Shown one piece after another: positions 11,687 to 22,614 of a DNA stretch of 64,000 nt (the first letter of the stretch is position 1; the number at the start of each line of letters is the position of its first letter). The notes beneath the pieces are model-generated. The model was not told where the DNA came from, did not search any database, and saw nothing but the letters and a program-made list of their open reading frames with translations. The stretch comes from Ranitomeya imitator (taxonomy: Eukaryota). The stretch lies in NCBI RefSeq assembly GCF_032444005.1, contig NC_091287.1, forward strand, positions 562,464,001-562,528,000, in the 5' to 3' direction. The position numbers and the translations under genes were made by a program.

Positions 11687-13379
11687 TGATCAGTGCCACC
11701 ACTTCCTCCCCGCAGAGCTGTATGATCAGAGCCACCACCTCCTCCCCGCAGAGCTGTATGATCAGTGCCACCACCTCCTCCCTGCAGCGCTGTATGATCA
11801 GAGCCACCACCTCCTCCCCGCAGAGCTGTATGATCAGTGCCACCACCTCCTCCCCGCAGAGCTGTATGATCAGTGCCTCCACCTCCTCCCCGCAGAGCTG
11901 TATGATCAGTGCCTCCACCTCCTCCCCGCAGAGCTGTATGATCAGTGCCACCACCTCCTCCCCGCAGAGCTGTATGATCAGTGCCACCACCTCCTCCCTG
12001 CAGCGCTGTATGATCAGAGCCACCACCTCCTCCCCGCAGAGCTGTATGATCAGTGCCACCACCTCCTCCCCGCAGAGCTGTATGATCAGAGCCACCACCT
12101 CCCCGCAGAGCTGTATGATCAGAGCCACCACCTCCCCGCAGAGCTGTATGATCAGAGCCACCACCTCCTCCCCGCAGAGCTGTATGATCAGAGCCACCAC
12201 CTCCTCCCCGCAGAGCTGTATGATCAGTGCCACCACCTCCTCCCCGCAGAGCTGTACCATCCGTGCCACCACCTCCTCCCCGCAGAGCTGTACGACCAGT
12301 GCCACCACCTCCCCGCAGAGCTGCATGATCAGTGCCTCCACCTCCTCCCCGCAGAGCTGTACGATCAGTGCCACCACCTCCCCGCAGAGCTGCATGATCA
12401 GTGCCACCACCTCCTCCCCGCAGAGCTGTATGATCAGTGCCTCCACCTCCTCCCCGCAGAGCTGTATGATCAGTGCCTCCACCTCCTCCCCGCAGAGCTG
12501 TATGATCAGTGCCACCACCTCCCCGCAGAGCTGTATGATCAGTGCCTCCCCGCAGAGCTGTATGATCAGAGCCACCACCTCCTTCCCGCAGAGCTGTATG
12601 ATCAGTGCCTCCACCTCCTCCCCGCAGAGCTGTATGATCAGAGCCACCACCTCCTCCCCGCAGAGCTGTATGATCAGTGCCACCACCTCCTCCCCGCAGA
12701 GCTGTATGATCAGTGCCACCACCTCCTCCCCGCAGAGCTGTATGATCAGTGCCACCACCTCCCCGCAGAGCTGCATGATCAGTGCCACCACCTCCTCCCC
12801 GCAGAGCTGTATGATCAGTGTCACCACCTCCCCGCAGAGCTGCATGATCAGTGCCTCCACCTCCTCCCCGCAGAGCTGTATGATCAGTGCCACCACCTTC
12901 TCCACGCAGAGCTGTATGATCAGTGTCACCACCTCCCCGCAGAGCTGCATGATCAGTGCCTCCACCTCCTCCCCGCAGAGCTGCATGATCAGTGCCTCCA
13001 CCTCCTCCACGCAGAGCTGTATGATCAGTGCCTCCACCTCCTCCCCGCAGAGCTGTATGATCAGTGCCACCACCTTCTCCACGCAGAGCTGTATGATCAG
13101 TGTCACCACCTCCCCGCAGAGCTGCATGATCAGTGCCTCCACCTCCTCCCCGCAGAGCTGCATGATCAGTGCCTCCACCTCCTCCACGCAGAGCTGTATG
13201 ATCAGTGCCTCCACCTCCTCCCCGCAGAGCTGTATGATCAGTGCCACCTCCTTCTCCACGCAGAGCTGTATGATCAGTGTCACCTCCTCCTCCCCGCAGA
13301 GCTGTATGATCAGTGTCACCACCTCCCCGCAGAGCTGTATGATCAGTGTCACCACCTCCCCGCAGAGCTGTACGATCAG
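11654..13379 (+). repeat. 36/33-bp H1 3'-signal minisatellite, about 49 units
   Basis: Same unit, start and end points as 827-4262, but about half the length. Confidence 0.97.
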
Positions 13380-14608
13380 TTTTCTTACTTGTAATGCTTT
13401 TAATATAACTGATGCTGGGCGCAGTTTCTGGATGGGGGGTGGGTGTGATCTGACGATATTGCGGGAGCTGCACTGTACAGCGCTATACACGGGGACATTT
13501 CAACGCAGATACATCAGATGCTCCAGCAGCGGCAAATGAGTGATCTGAGGACAGACTCATCACGGAAGAGGAGGGGACTTCAGGGGGCGGGGTTACTGGG
13601 CGGGAATAATAACAATGACTGGTCAAACACATCAACCCTTATTGGCCACTTTATTTCATGAAATAACCAGTGGAGCGCAAGGGGGCGTGTTTCCCAGAGA
13701 CCAATGAGGACGCGCATGATGAGTATGATGTGACAGCCGCCAACCCCCTGGGACAATGACTGGAGTATAAGCCGAGAGGGGCACTTTCAGCCTAATAAAA
13801 TGGCTGAAAATCTCAGCTTATTCTCGAGTATATAAGGTAAATGCCTCTGGCACTATGGAGGGTGATGTAGTAGGGATTATTTTTCTGTTACACTGGTTTT
13901 CAACCCTCTTGCTGCTTGTAAAGTTATTACATTAAGGCGAACAATTAAAAAAAACACCAACAAACTAATAATTTGTACTTTACAATTATGGGCACGTTCC
14001 TGTAATTTTGCATTAAAGCATGATATTTTATATATTAAAAAAAAATGCATAAAAATGTCTTTCTGGGTTGTAATTGGTACATGAGGTAACGGCATAAATG
14101 AACATATCATCATCCGGTGATTAAATGATGGAAGATCTCTTCTAATTTCACTTGCTTCTTTTGTCCTTCCAAATCTCCATTTATGGAAGTTCTTCATCAG
14201 AAAATGAACAAATGTCTATCATTGCATTACGCTGAGGTTGGGTCGCTCTGGGGGTATCACACTCTATAGGGGGTAACTGTGGGTGCATCATATTGTGTGG
14301 GGGTGACTTAGGGCCTCATACTGTTTTGGGAGTTACCGGGGGTTTCATACCCCCACACAGTAACTGTGGGGAGATCCTGCTGTGTGGGTATCTTACTATG
14401 TAGGAGGCATCATACTGTGTGGAGGGTAACTGGGGGCATCATCTGTTGTGGAGGGTATGATCCACCATGATCTGGAACAGTAATGACAATATTTGGGATA
14501 CCCTCAGTCATAAGGGGAGGAAATTGCACATAATAGAAGCTGGAAAGATAATTGCAGAAACTGAGCAATGAGCGGGAAAATCAAACTTCCTTACAGTTTA
14601 GTATTTAG

Positions 14609-14714
14609 CCAATCAGCAGAGAAAGGGAGGAGCTAATGTAGATTATGAAAGCCCCGCCTCGGATATGCGTCATCTCTGTAGTTCTCTCTCTGGTCCATTC
14701 TTCCTCCATATAAA
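14609..14714 (+). promoter_or_regulatory. Histone H4 promoter
   Basis: CCAAT 14609-14613, GC box CCCCGCCTC near 14652, H4 subtype element core GGTCC 14692-14696, TATAAA 14709-14714. Confidence 0.75.
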
Positions 14715-14756
14715 GGAGCAGTCCGTGCGTCTCAGGAATCTGTTTTTGCTCACTGA

Positions 14757-15077
<321 letters not shown>

Positions 15078-15105
15078 TTGTCTTCTCTTCTGTCCTCACC
15101 CCAAA

Positions 15106-15121
15106 GGCTCTTCTCAGAGCC
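15106..15121 (+). terminator. Histone stem-loop of H4
   Basis: AAA-GGCTCT-TCTC-AGAGCC-GCCCA. The downstream HDE is weak (aagtgagcggctg) and no tandem repeat follows. Confidence 0.92.
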
Positions 15122-16541
15122 GCCCACATCTTCTAAGTGAGCGGCTGCACCTGACTGCTAGGATCTGATTTCTCTGCTTTGGTGATGTCTCTGTAATCTT
15201 GGTAGAACACTCATCGGTCCCGACTTTACCCTCCGAATACTGAATAGTCGAAAACTACCATCTGCCAAATGATTGTGGCGGATGGTGGTTCTGACCCTGA
15301 TCCGCAGTTCGTGTAACGTCCTCTGATGCCGTGTGTGGGCGAATGGTTCTGTCGCTGCTTTTGCTTGTGAGACGTATTTGCAAAATCCTGTTTTGTAGCC
15401 GGGATTCCGTGTGTGTATTGGAGTACGGTCTTTTTCACCATATTCCCGCACATTCAGTTTTTTCTGAAGAATATCCTGACGTGGAAAGACTGAACTGCTT
15501 ATCCGAAGCAGATCCCTCTCCAGCTCTAATCAGGAGGGTTCCGGGCGGTTTCCAAATGCAGGTGAATATTCTGTCTAGACATTTAAGATCCTGTTCTTAT
15601 TGGGCGCTGATTAGTATCCGGCTCAGCGTCTCTGCAGGGCACAATATCCCCTGTGCGGCTGCCTGTAGTATCGGCCACAGCCTGGGACGTGCTAGTTGTA
15701 TACTCCCGGGGCCTGACATACTGGGGCCGCGTCTGCTCCCCATGGATTTATGGGGGATATATCCGCAGTGATGATTTCCTGATCAGATCCGTGTACAGGG
15801 AATGTGGCGGCATGAGGCAGCTGGATAGATGGACGCCCCGTGTACCGGGTACGGAGACTCCTATGTGATGACCACGTCCTGGACAGTAATGTTTCGGATG
15901 GATGGCGCCTCTGAAGACTATTATAACCTCCTCAGAATAATACTGGCGACCGATCCCCGTGTTCGGGGGCAGACAGCTGGGAGGACAGGACCCGGTATTA
16001 TCAGCGGGGTAGAGCTACCCCCACCGGTATACACAGCGATCGCCGCTAGAGCAGAGGGGCCGGTAATAATCCGACGGACAGGGTACAGCGAATAAGCGGG
16101 AAATTCAAAACCAGCAACGGATCTGTCATCAGCCAATGAGCGAGAGACCTCCACAGGCGCCGACCAATCCCAGATACAGGAACATCCGCCCCCATTAACT
16201 CCTTAGTGTCCCGGGACCCGGCCGCGTCACATCAGGCTCCGGGCAGAACATAGGAGACTTGTCTCAGTCGGGCTGTGATAGGATCAGCGCGGACACCGCA
16301 GGGGATCCGCACAGGATAATAAGCGGTGAGTGAGGAGCCTCCGCCTGTGCAGATGGAGCGGAGGAGAAGCACTGACAGGGATTAACCCCTCACCCGCCAG
16401 ACTGTCAGTGCAGATTGTGTCGCTCGCAGAACTCAGCCTCATAATAATCTGCAGATCAGTGGAAATTAGCCCTTATTGAAGGAGGACTTTGTGCAGTGAT
16501 TGGGGCAGATAATGGCCATTTCCCCATAGATCCAGGAAGCG

Positions 16542-16958
16542 GCTAGTCAGCTGTGCCAGGACTGTAAACTCCGCTCCTCCGCATCTGTCCACACACCCAA
16601 AGGCTCTTCTAAGAGCCCCCACATCCTCCTCCTAAGAGCCGCACCGCCGATCTAGGGATGGTTCACACTAGTGTCTGCTCACACTGCACCAAGCGGTATA
16701 TAGAGGTCACTATGCACGATCCATGCTCCACTGTACTGCGGTCACCACAGAGCAGAGATTCATGGCTGAAGTGACTGATCCGCCTTCATGTTACTGAGAT
16801 CACACACAAGAGGGATAAGTGCAGTTTATACAGGGGACAAAGCTCCTGAGGGAAGCCGGCTCTTCCTAGAAAACTGGGTGCGGCTACTACCGTAACATCT
16901 CACTGAATTCACAGCTTTCCACGCTGCAGGGTTTACAGTCCTGGCACAGCTGACTAGC
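16542..16958. repeat. Perfect 28-bp inverted repeat pair (16542-16569 and 16931-16958) bracketing the orphan stem-loop
   Basis: gctagtcagctgtgccaggactgtaaac and its exact reverse complement gtttacagtcctggcacagctgactagc, with a 361-bp spacer. Confidence 0.9.
16602..16640 (+). terminator. Orphan histone stem-loop (no upstream histone ORF) with TAAGAGCC repeated 23 bp downstream
   Basis: CCCAAA-GGCTCT-TCTA-AGAGCC-CCCACATCCTCCTCC-TAAGAGCC. The hairpin is identical to the H2B one at 17893. Confidence 0.85.
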
Positions 16959-17299
16959 TGGGGTTTCCAGCACCATCTGGAGATATTACTGCACTATATG
17001 GAGTGTAACATGTCGGGCGCTGCACTGTAACTGTCTGTATAATGTGGCACAGTCATTTGTCAGTAAGTTGCAGTATATGGGGGTACTCTGCACTATTCAG
17101 ATGAATAACAGCACTATATTGGAGCATACTGCAGCACATGATGGATAGATAGATCATGAACACATACAGCGCTATATGAGGGTGCACTGCGGTATATGGA
17201 GCTTCACAGCACTATCTAGATGTATACAGCATTATACAGGGTTTTACAGCGCTATACAGCATCCCAGCTTCAAAGATGAAGCAATGATTTGGGAAACCA

Positions 17300-17411
17300 C
17301 CAATCAGCTGCAGTGGGCGGAGCGTCTGACGTTCCCGTTGGTCACATGATATCATCACCCAATAGCACGGCGGTCTGACAGCAGCGCTCATCTGCATGGC
17401 CGGGCTATAAA
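17300..17411 (+). promoter_or_regulatory. Histone H2B promoter (CCAAT, CRE-like, CCAAT, octamer variant, TATA)
   Basis: CCAAT 17300-17304 and 17359-17363, TGACGT near 17327, ATCTGCAT 17390-17397 (octamer ATTTGCAT with one mismatch) just upstream of TATAAA 17406-17411. This is the known H2B layout. Confidence 0.8.
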
Positions 17412-17461
17412 TTCCGCCGCTCTTAGAGGCGCAGGATCATTATTCTTCTCACTTGTGCTGA

Positions 17462-17863
<402 letters not shown>

Positions 17864-17892
17864 TCGCTCCGTGCTCCGCTCCTCACCACAAA

Positions 17893-17931
17893 GGCTCTTC
17901 TAAGAGCCACCCACACCCTCACTATAAGAGC
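17893..17931 (+). terminator. Histone stem-loop (17893-17908) and HDE-like CTATAAGAGC (17922-17931) of H2B
   Basis: AAA-GGCTCT-TCTA-AGAGCC-ACCCA is canonical; purine core AAGAG at 17926-17930. Confidence 0.95.
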
Positions 17932-18735
17932 CCCCGCACCCTCACTATAAGAGCCCCCTCACTATAAGAGCCGCCCCCGCACCCTCACTATAAGAGCCGC
18001 CCACACCCTCACTATAAGAGCCGCCCGCACCCTCACTATAAGAGCCGCCCACACCCTCACTATAAGAGCCCCCCGCACCCTCACTATAAGAGCCCCCCGC
18101 ACCCTCACTATAAGAGCCCCCCGCACCCTCACTATAAGAGCCGCCCGCACCCTCACTATAAGAGCCGCCCGCACCCTCACTATAAGAGCCCCCCGCACCC
18201 TCACTATAAGAGCCCCCCGAACCCTCACTATAAGAGCCCCCCGCACCCTCACTATAAGAGCCGCCCACACCCTCACTATAAGAGCCGCCCACACCCTCAC
18301 TATAAGCCGCCCACAGCCTCACTATAAGAGCCACCCACACCCTCACTATAAGAGCCACCCGCACACTCACTATAAGAGCCGCCCACACCCTCACTATAAG
18401 AGCCGCCCACACCCTCACTATAAGAGCCGCCCACACCCTCACTATAAGAGCCGCCCACAGCCTCACTATAAGAGCCGCCCACACCCTCACTATAAGAGCC
18501 ACCCACACCCTCACTATAAGAGCCACCCGCACCCTCACTATAAGAGCCCCACGCACCCTCACTATAAGAGCCGCCAACAGCCTCACTATAAGAGCCGCCC
18601 ACACCCTCACTATAAGAGCCGCCCACACCCTCACTATAAGAGCCGCCCACACCCTCACTATAAGAGCCGCCCACACCCTCACTATAAGAGCCACCCACAC
18701 CCTCACTATAAGAGCCGCCAACAGCCTCACTATAA
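17901..18735 (+). repeat. 24-bp H2B 3'-signal satellite, proximal part (about 35 units)
   Basis: Unit TAAGAGCCACCCACACCCTCACTA; the first unit (17901-17924) is the loop/3' arm of the H2B stem-loop plus its downstream sequence. Confidence 0.98.
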
Positions 18736-19113
18736 GGGTACGTTCACATTAGCGTCATGCGACGCTGCGTCGCCGACGCAACGCACGACGCATCGGAAAC
18801 GCACGCAAAAACGCAACTTTTATGACGCAAGCGTCTGACGGATGCGTCGTAAAACGCAGCGTTTTCGGTGCGTTTTTGGTGCGTTTTACCAAAAAACGCA
18901 GCGTTTTACGACGCATGCGTTGGCAAACACTGATTGGATCTTGAGCCACAATTTAGTGTCTAGACACTAGATAACACCACCAATGAATAGAAGAGGGTGG
19001 GTCTAGTGTCTAGACAATCGATAATGTCACCAATGGGTAGATGGGGGTGGGTATTAATGTCATAGTGGTATATATACCCCCGCATACCTTATTTCCAACC
19101 ATACAGCATCAAG

Positions 19114-20497
19114 ATGGATCGTTCCATGGAGAGTATCTACCTCACTTTTGAGCTGGAATTAGCCCTTGCTATAGCTTATGCTTTTGCCTGTCATGAACAG
19201 AGGAGAAGAGACAAACTACGGAGAAGGAGTCGGCGGCGTTTTTGGCTTCACCCTATAGTGGAAGTCCGAGAGAGTCGTGGAGCGTACCATTGTCTTTTTG
19301 GCGAATTAAATGAGAACCAGGACAAATACTTAGAATACACCAGGATGACAAAAGACAGCTTTCGATATCTGCTGCGTCTGGTGGAAGGAACCATTTCCAG
19401 GCAGGACACGCAGCTCCGTAAATCGATTTCCCCTGAGGAGCGTCTGCTGGTGACTCTACGGTACGTAATGGAATGTGAAGGATTTATATGTTCTAGCCAT
19501 TTTTTAAATTAACATGTTTTTGTTTTGCGGGGTGGGGGATTGTAATTAAAAATGGAAAATTCATTCATAACAATTAAATTAATTATATTTATTTATTTTT
19601 CTTCTTGTCAGTTTCCTGGCTACCGGAGAGACATTGAGATCACTGCATTTCCAGTTTCGGATTGGAGTCTCAACACTGTCGGGTATTATTGCAGACACAT
19701 GCCGCGCATTGTGGGACAACCTCCGGGAGGAATTTTTGCCCATCCCTACACAAGAAATATGGCATGCCAACGCCCAAAAATTCCACAAAGTTTGTGATTT
19801 CCCTAACTGTATCGGAGCTGTGGATGGGAAGCACATTAGGATTACCAAGCCGTCAAGAAGTGGATCTCTTTTTTATAATTATAAAAAATACTTTTCCACT
19901 GTGCTGATGGCAATTGCTGGTGCGGACTGCAGGTTTCTCGCTGTGGACATTGGAGCCTTTGGTCGTGCAAATGATTCACGGACATTTAAGGAGTCTGATA
20001 TGGGCCAAAGATTGTACAATAACAATTTTAATTTCCCCCATCCACGACCTCTTCCCAACACTGACGGCCCGGACCTGCCATTTGTTGTTGTTGGTGATGA
20101 GGCTTTTCAAATGAGTGGCAACCTACTGAAACCGTACTCCAGTCGTGGGTTGGACCGTACCAAAACTATATTTAATTATAGACTGTCCAGGGCCAGAAGA
20201 ACTGTGGAGTGCGCCTTTGGCATCCTGGTCTCCAAATGGCGTATATTAGGATCCGCTATAAATTTGAAAATTGAGACAGTGGATGAGGTGGTGAAGGCGT
20301 GTGTGGTTCTCCACAATTTTATTATTGATAAAGAGAGAGTCAACGTGGAACTCGATGAACACATACAAAATCCATTGCCTGATTATCAAGATCATCCTCT
20401 GCGGACAACTGTGGAGATTGCTCATATGAGGGACCAATTTGCTGCATACTTTGTTTCCGATGTTGGCCGTGTTTCATGGCAAGATGAAATGGTGTAA
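19114..20497 (+). CDS. Harbinger DDE transposase (HARBI1-like, DDE_Tnp_4 type); 2 exons 19114-19460 and 19612-20497, 410 aa
   Basis: Donor CG|GTACGT at 19460/19461 and acceptor TTCTTGTCAG| at 19611 join LLVTLR-FLATGETLRSLHFQFRIG in frame. Catalytic motifs GAVDGKH, VGDEAF and RRTVECAFG are present; 1233 nt with no lesions. Confidence 0.92.
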
Positions 20498-21188
20498 TTC
20501 TGTATGTTTTATTATGATGTCATGTAAACACTGTTGTGTTCATCATTTAACCATCCTATGTATGGTGATTCTATGGTTATTGTTTTAATGTTCCCTGGAT
20601 GTATAATGTGTTGTGTTTTCAAATACACTTCTTGAGCCTTTCAGTTTTTAAAAAAAAAAATTTCATACGTTTATACATATTAATAAAATTTAAAAAATCC
20701 AAATTTATTGAAATTTATTGAATTTATTGAAAGTACTAATGTGTGTGCCACAAAATTTGTGTGTTTCATAGTATTGAGGCATAACATAATCGGCTCCCAC
20801 CTTGTCAACCATTATTAATCCTGCAGACTATTTGCATATGGAACAAGGCTTGACAAGGAGGGAGACGATCATGTTTGCTAAACTCTACAGAGTGAACACT
20901 ATTGTACTCAGGATGCTATAATACGTCCAGAGTCAAATAGTGGTGACACTGTCAACATTGCTTCCATCTCACCTGAACAATATTCTTAAGGTACATTTAA
21001 TAAAACTATTATCCACCGATACCGACCAGTGATACGACTGGACCGAGATCGTTGTTTAGTTGTCGCATGGTTGCTGGAGAGCTGTCACACATACAGCTCC
21101 CCAGCAACAAAAAAAGAGCAATCTGTGTAATGCCACACTCACGATATTTACTATTGTTAATGTAATGTTAATTACAAAAAAAACCTTA

Positions 21189-21912
21189 AGGCCCCTTCAC
21201 ATTTAGCGACGCTGCAGCGATACAGACAACGATTCGGATCGCTGCAGCGTCGCTGTTTGGTCGCTGGAGAGCTGTCACACAGACCGCTCTCCAGCGACCA
21301 ACGATGCCGGTAACCAGGGTAAACATCGGGTAACTAAGCGCAGGGCCGCACTTAGTAACCCGATGTTTACCCTGGTTACCATGCTAAAAGTAAAAAAAAA
21401 CAAACACTACATACTTACCTACAGCCGTCTGTCCTCCAGCGCTGCGCTCTGCTTCTCTGCTCTCCTCCTGTACTGTCTGTGAGCTGGAAATCAGAGCGGT
21501 GATGTCACCGCTCTGCTTTCCGGCTCACAGCCAGTACAGGAGGAGTGCAGAGCACAGCGCTGGAGGACAGACAGCGTTAGGTAAGTATGTAGTGTTTGTT
21601 TTTTTTACTTTTAGCATGGTAACCAGGGTAAACATCGGGTTACTAAGCGCGGCCCTGCGCTTAGTTACCCGATGTTTACCCTGGTTACCAGTGAAGACAT
21701 CGCTGGATCGGTGTCACACACGCCGATCCAGCGATGTCAGCAGGAGTCCAGCGACGAAATAAAGTTCTGGACTTTATTCAGCGACCAACGATCTCCCAGC
21801 AGGGGCCTGATCGTTGGTCGCTGTCACACATAACGATTTAATTAACTATATCGTTGCTACGTCACAAATAGCAACGATATCGTTAACAATATCGTTATGT
21901 GTGAAGGTACCT
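21189..21912. mobile_element. Nested non-autonomous Harbinger-type fold-back MITE, 724 bp
   Basis: Imperfect TIRs AGGCCCCTTCACATTTAGCGA (left) and AGGTACCTTCACACATAACGA (right, reverse complement), related to the host TIR GGGTACGTTCACA. TSD TTA (21186-21188 and 21913-21915). Long inverted arms centred near 21503, each with an internal ~70-bp hairpin. Confidence 0.85.
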
Positions 21913-22614
21913 TTACACTACGGTGTGTGAAACGTCCATCGCCGTCAGCTTCCCGTACTGTGCCAGCCCTAAAGCACAGCACAGCGTTTAAGGCAACGGT
22001 GTGCTCAGCTTTACGGGCGGGAATCACAGTGTCAGTGCGGAAAGATGACGGCGAGGGACTTGGTAGACACCTTTTTATATTAGTGGGGTATTGTAAACTT
22101 TTTATTTCAGTGATTAAAACAGTGCACTACCCAATTTTCCCTTGTTTAAAACAAAGACATCGCTGGATTGGTGTGAACTCACCAATCCAACAATGACAGC
22201 TTCTGATAAGTTACCCAAAAAATATTCCAAATCATTTGCTGATAACCAAAAAATCACAGCAGGGGCTCAATCGTTTTACGATTTCAGAAAAGACAAAGTT
22301 AAAACAACTATATCCATACTGAAATCGTTGTGTGATGGTACTTTGTAAACGTGACATATTGAGCAATGCTGTTTGTGTTTGTAACATCTGAGTACAATGA
22401 ACGACAGCCATATAAGAAAATGTTAAAAAAAATAGAGATAATATTGTCACACATTGCACATCTGGTGTTACAAAGACACGATTTGTGTGTACGGCGCAAG
22501 GTGTGATTTGGTGCAAACTTTATTTGAGACAATAAAAACCAAAATTTTTTTTTTAAAAAAAATATAACAAATTTATTTTGTGTTACAAAAAAAATAAAAA
22601 AAGGGAACCCGGTT

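Larger units (their letters stand above)
10828..14640 (+). repeat. Segmental duplication copy 2 of the H1 module, continuing into the intact H4 promoter
   Basis: Near-identical to 1-5523 apart from a shorter minisatellite. Confidence 0.95.

Noticed and set aside
13877-14197. 106-aa minus-strand ORF (MKNFHKWRFGRTKEAS...), also present in copy 1 near 4760-5080
   Set aside because: Non-ATG start, AT-rich low-information 3' half and no family I recognise. It might be a decayed exon or TE fragment, but only a BLASTx search could decide.
15158-16154. Short ORFs between H4 and the orphan stem-loop, checked as H3/H2A remnants
   Set aside because: No histone-fold or N-tail motifs in any frame.
17915-17930. 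Resemblance of the 24-mer to phage T7 (CTCACTATA) and T3 (ACCCTCACTA) promoters, suggesting a vector or amplification artefact
   Set aside because: The upstream specificity bases of both promoters are missing. The unit is collinear with the native H2B 3' end, has diverged variants with HOR structure, and hosts a transposon with a TSD, none of which fits a synthetic concatemer.
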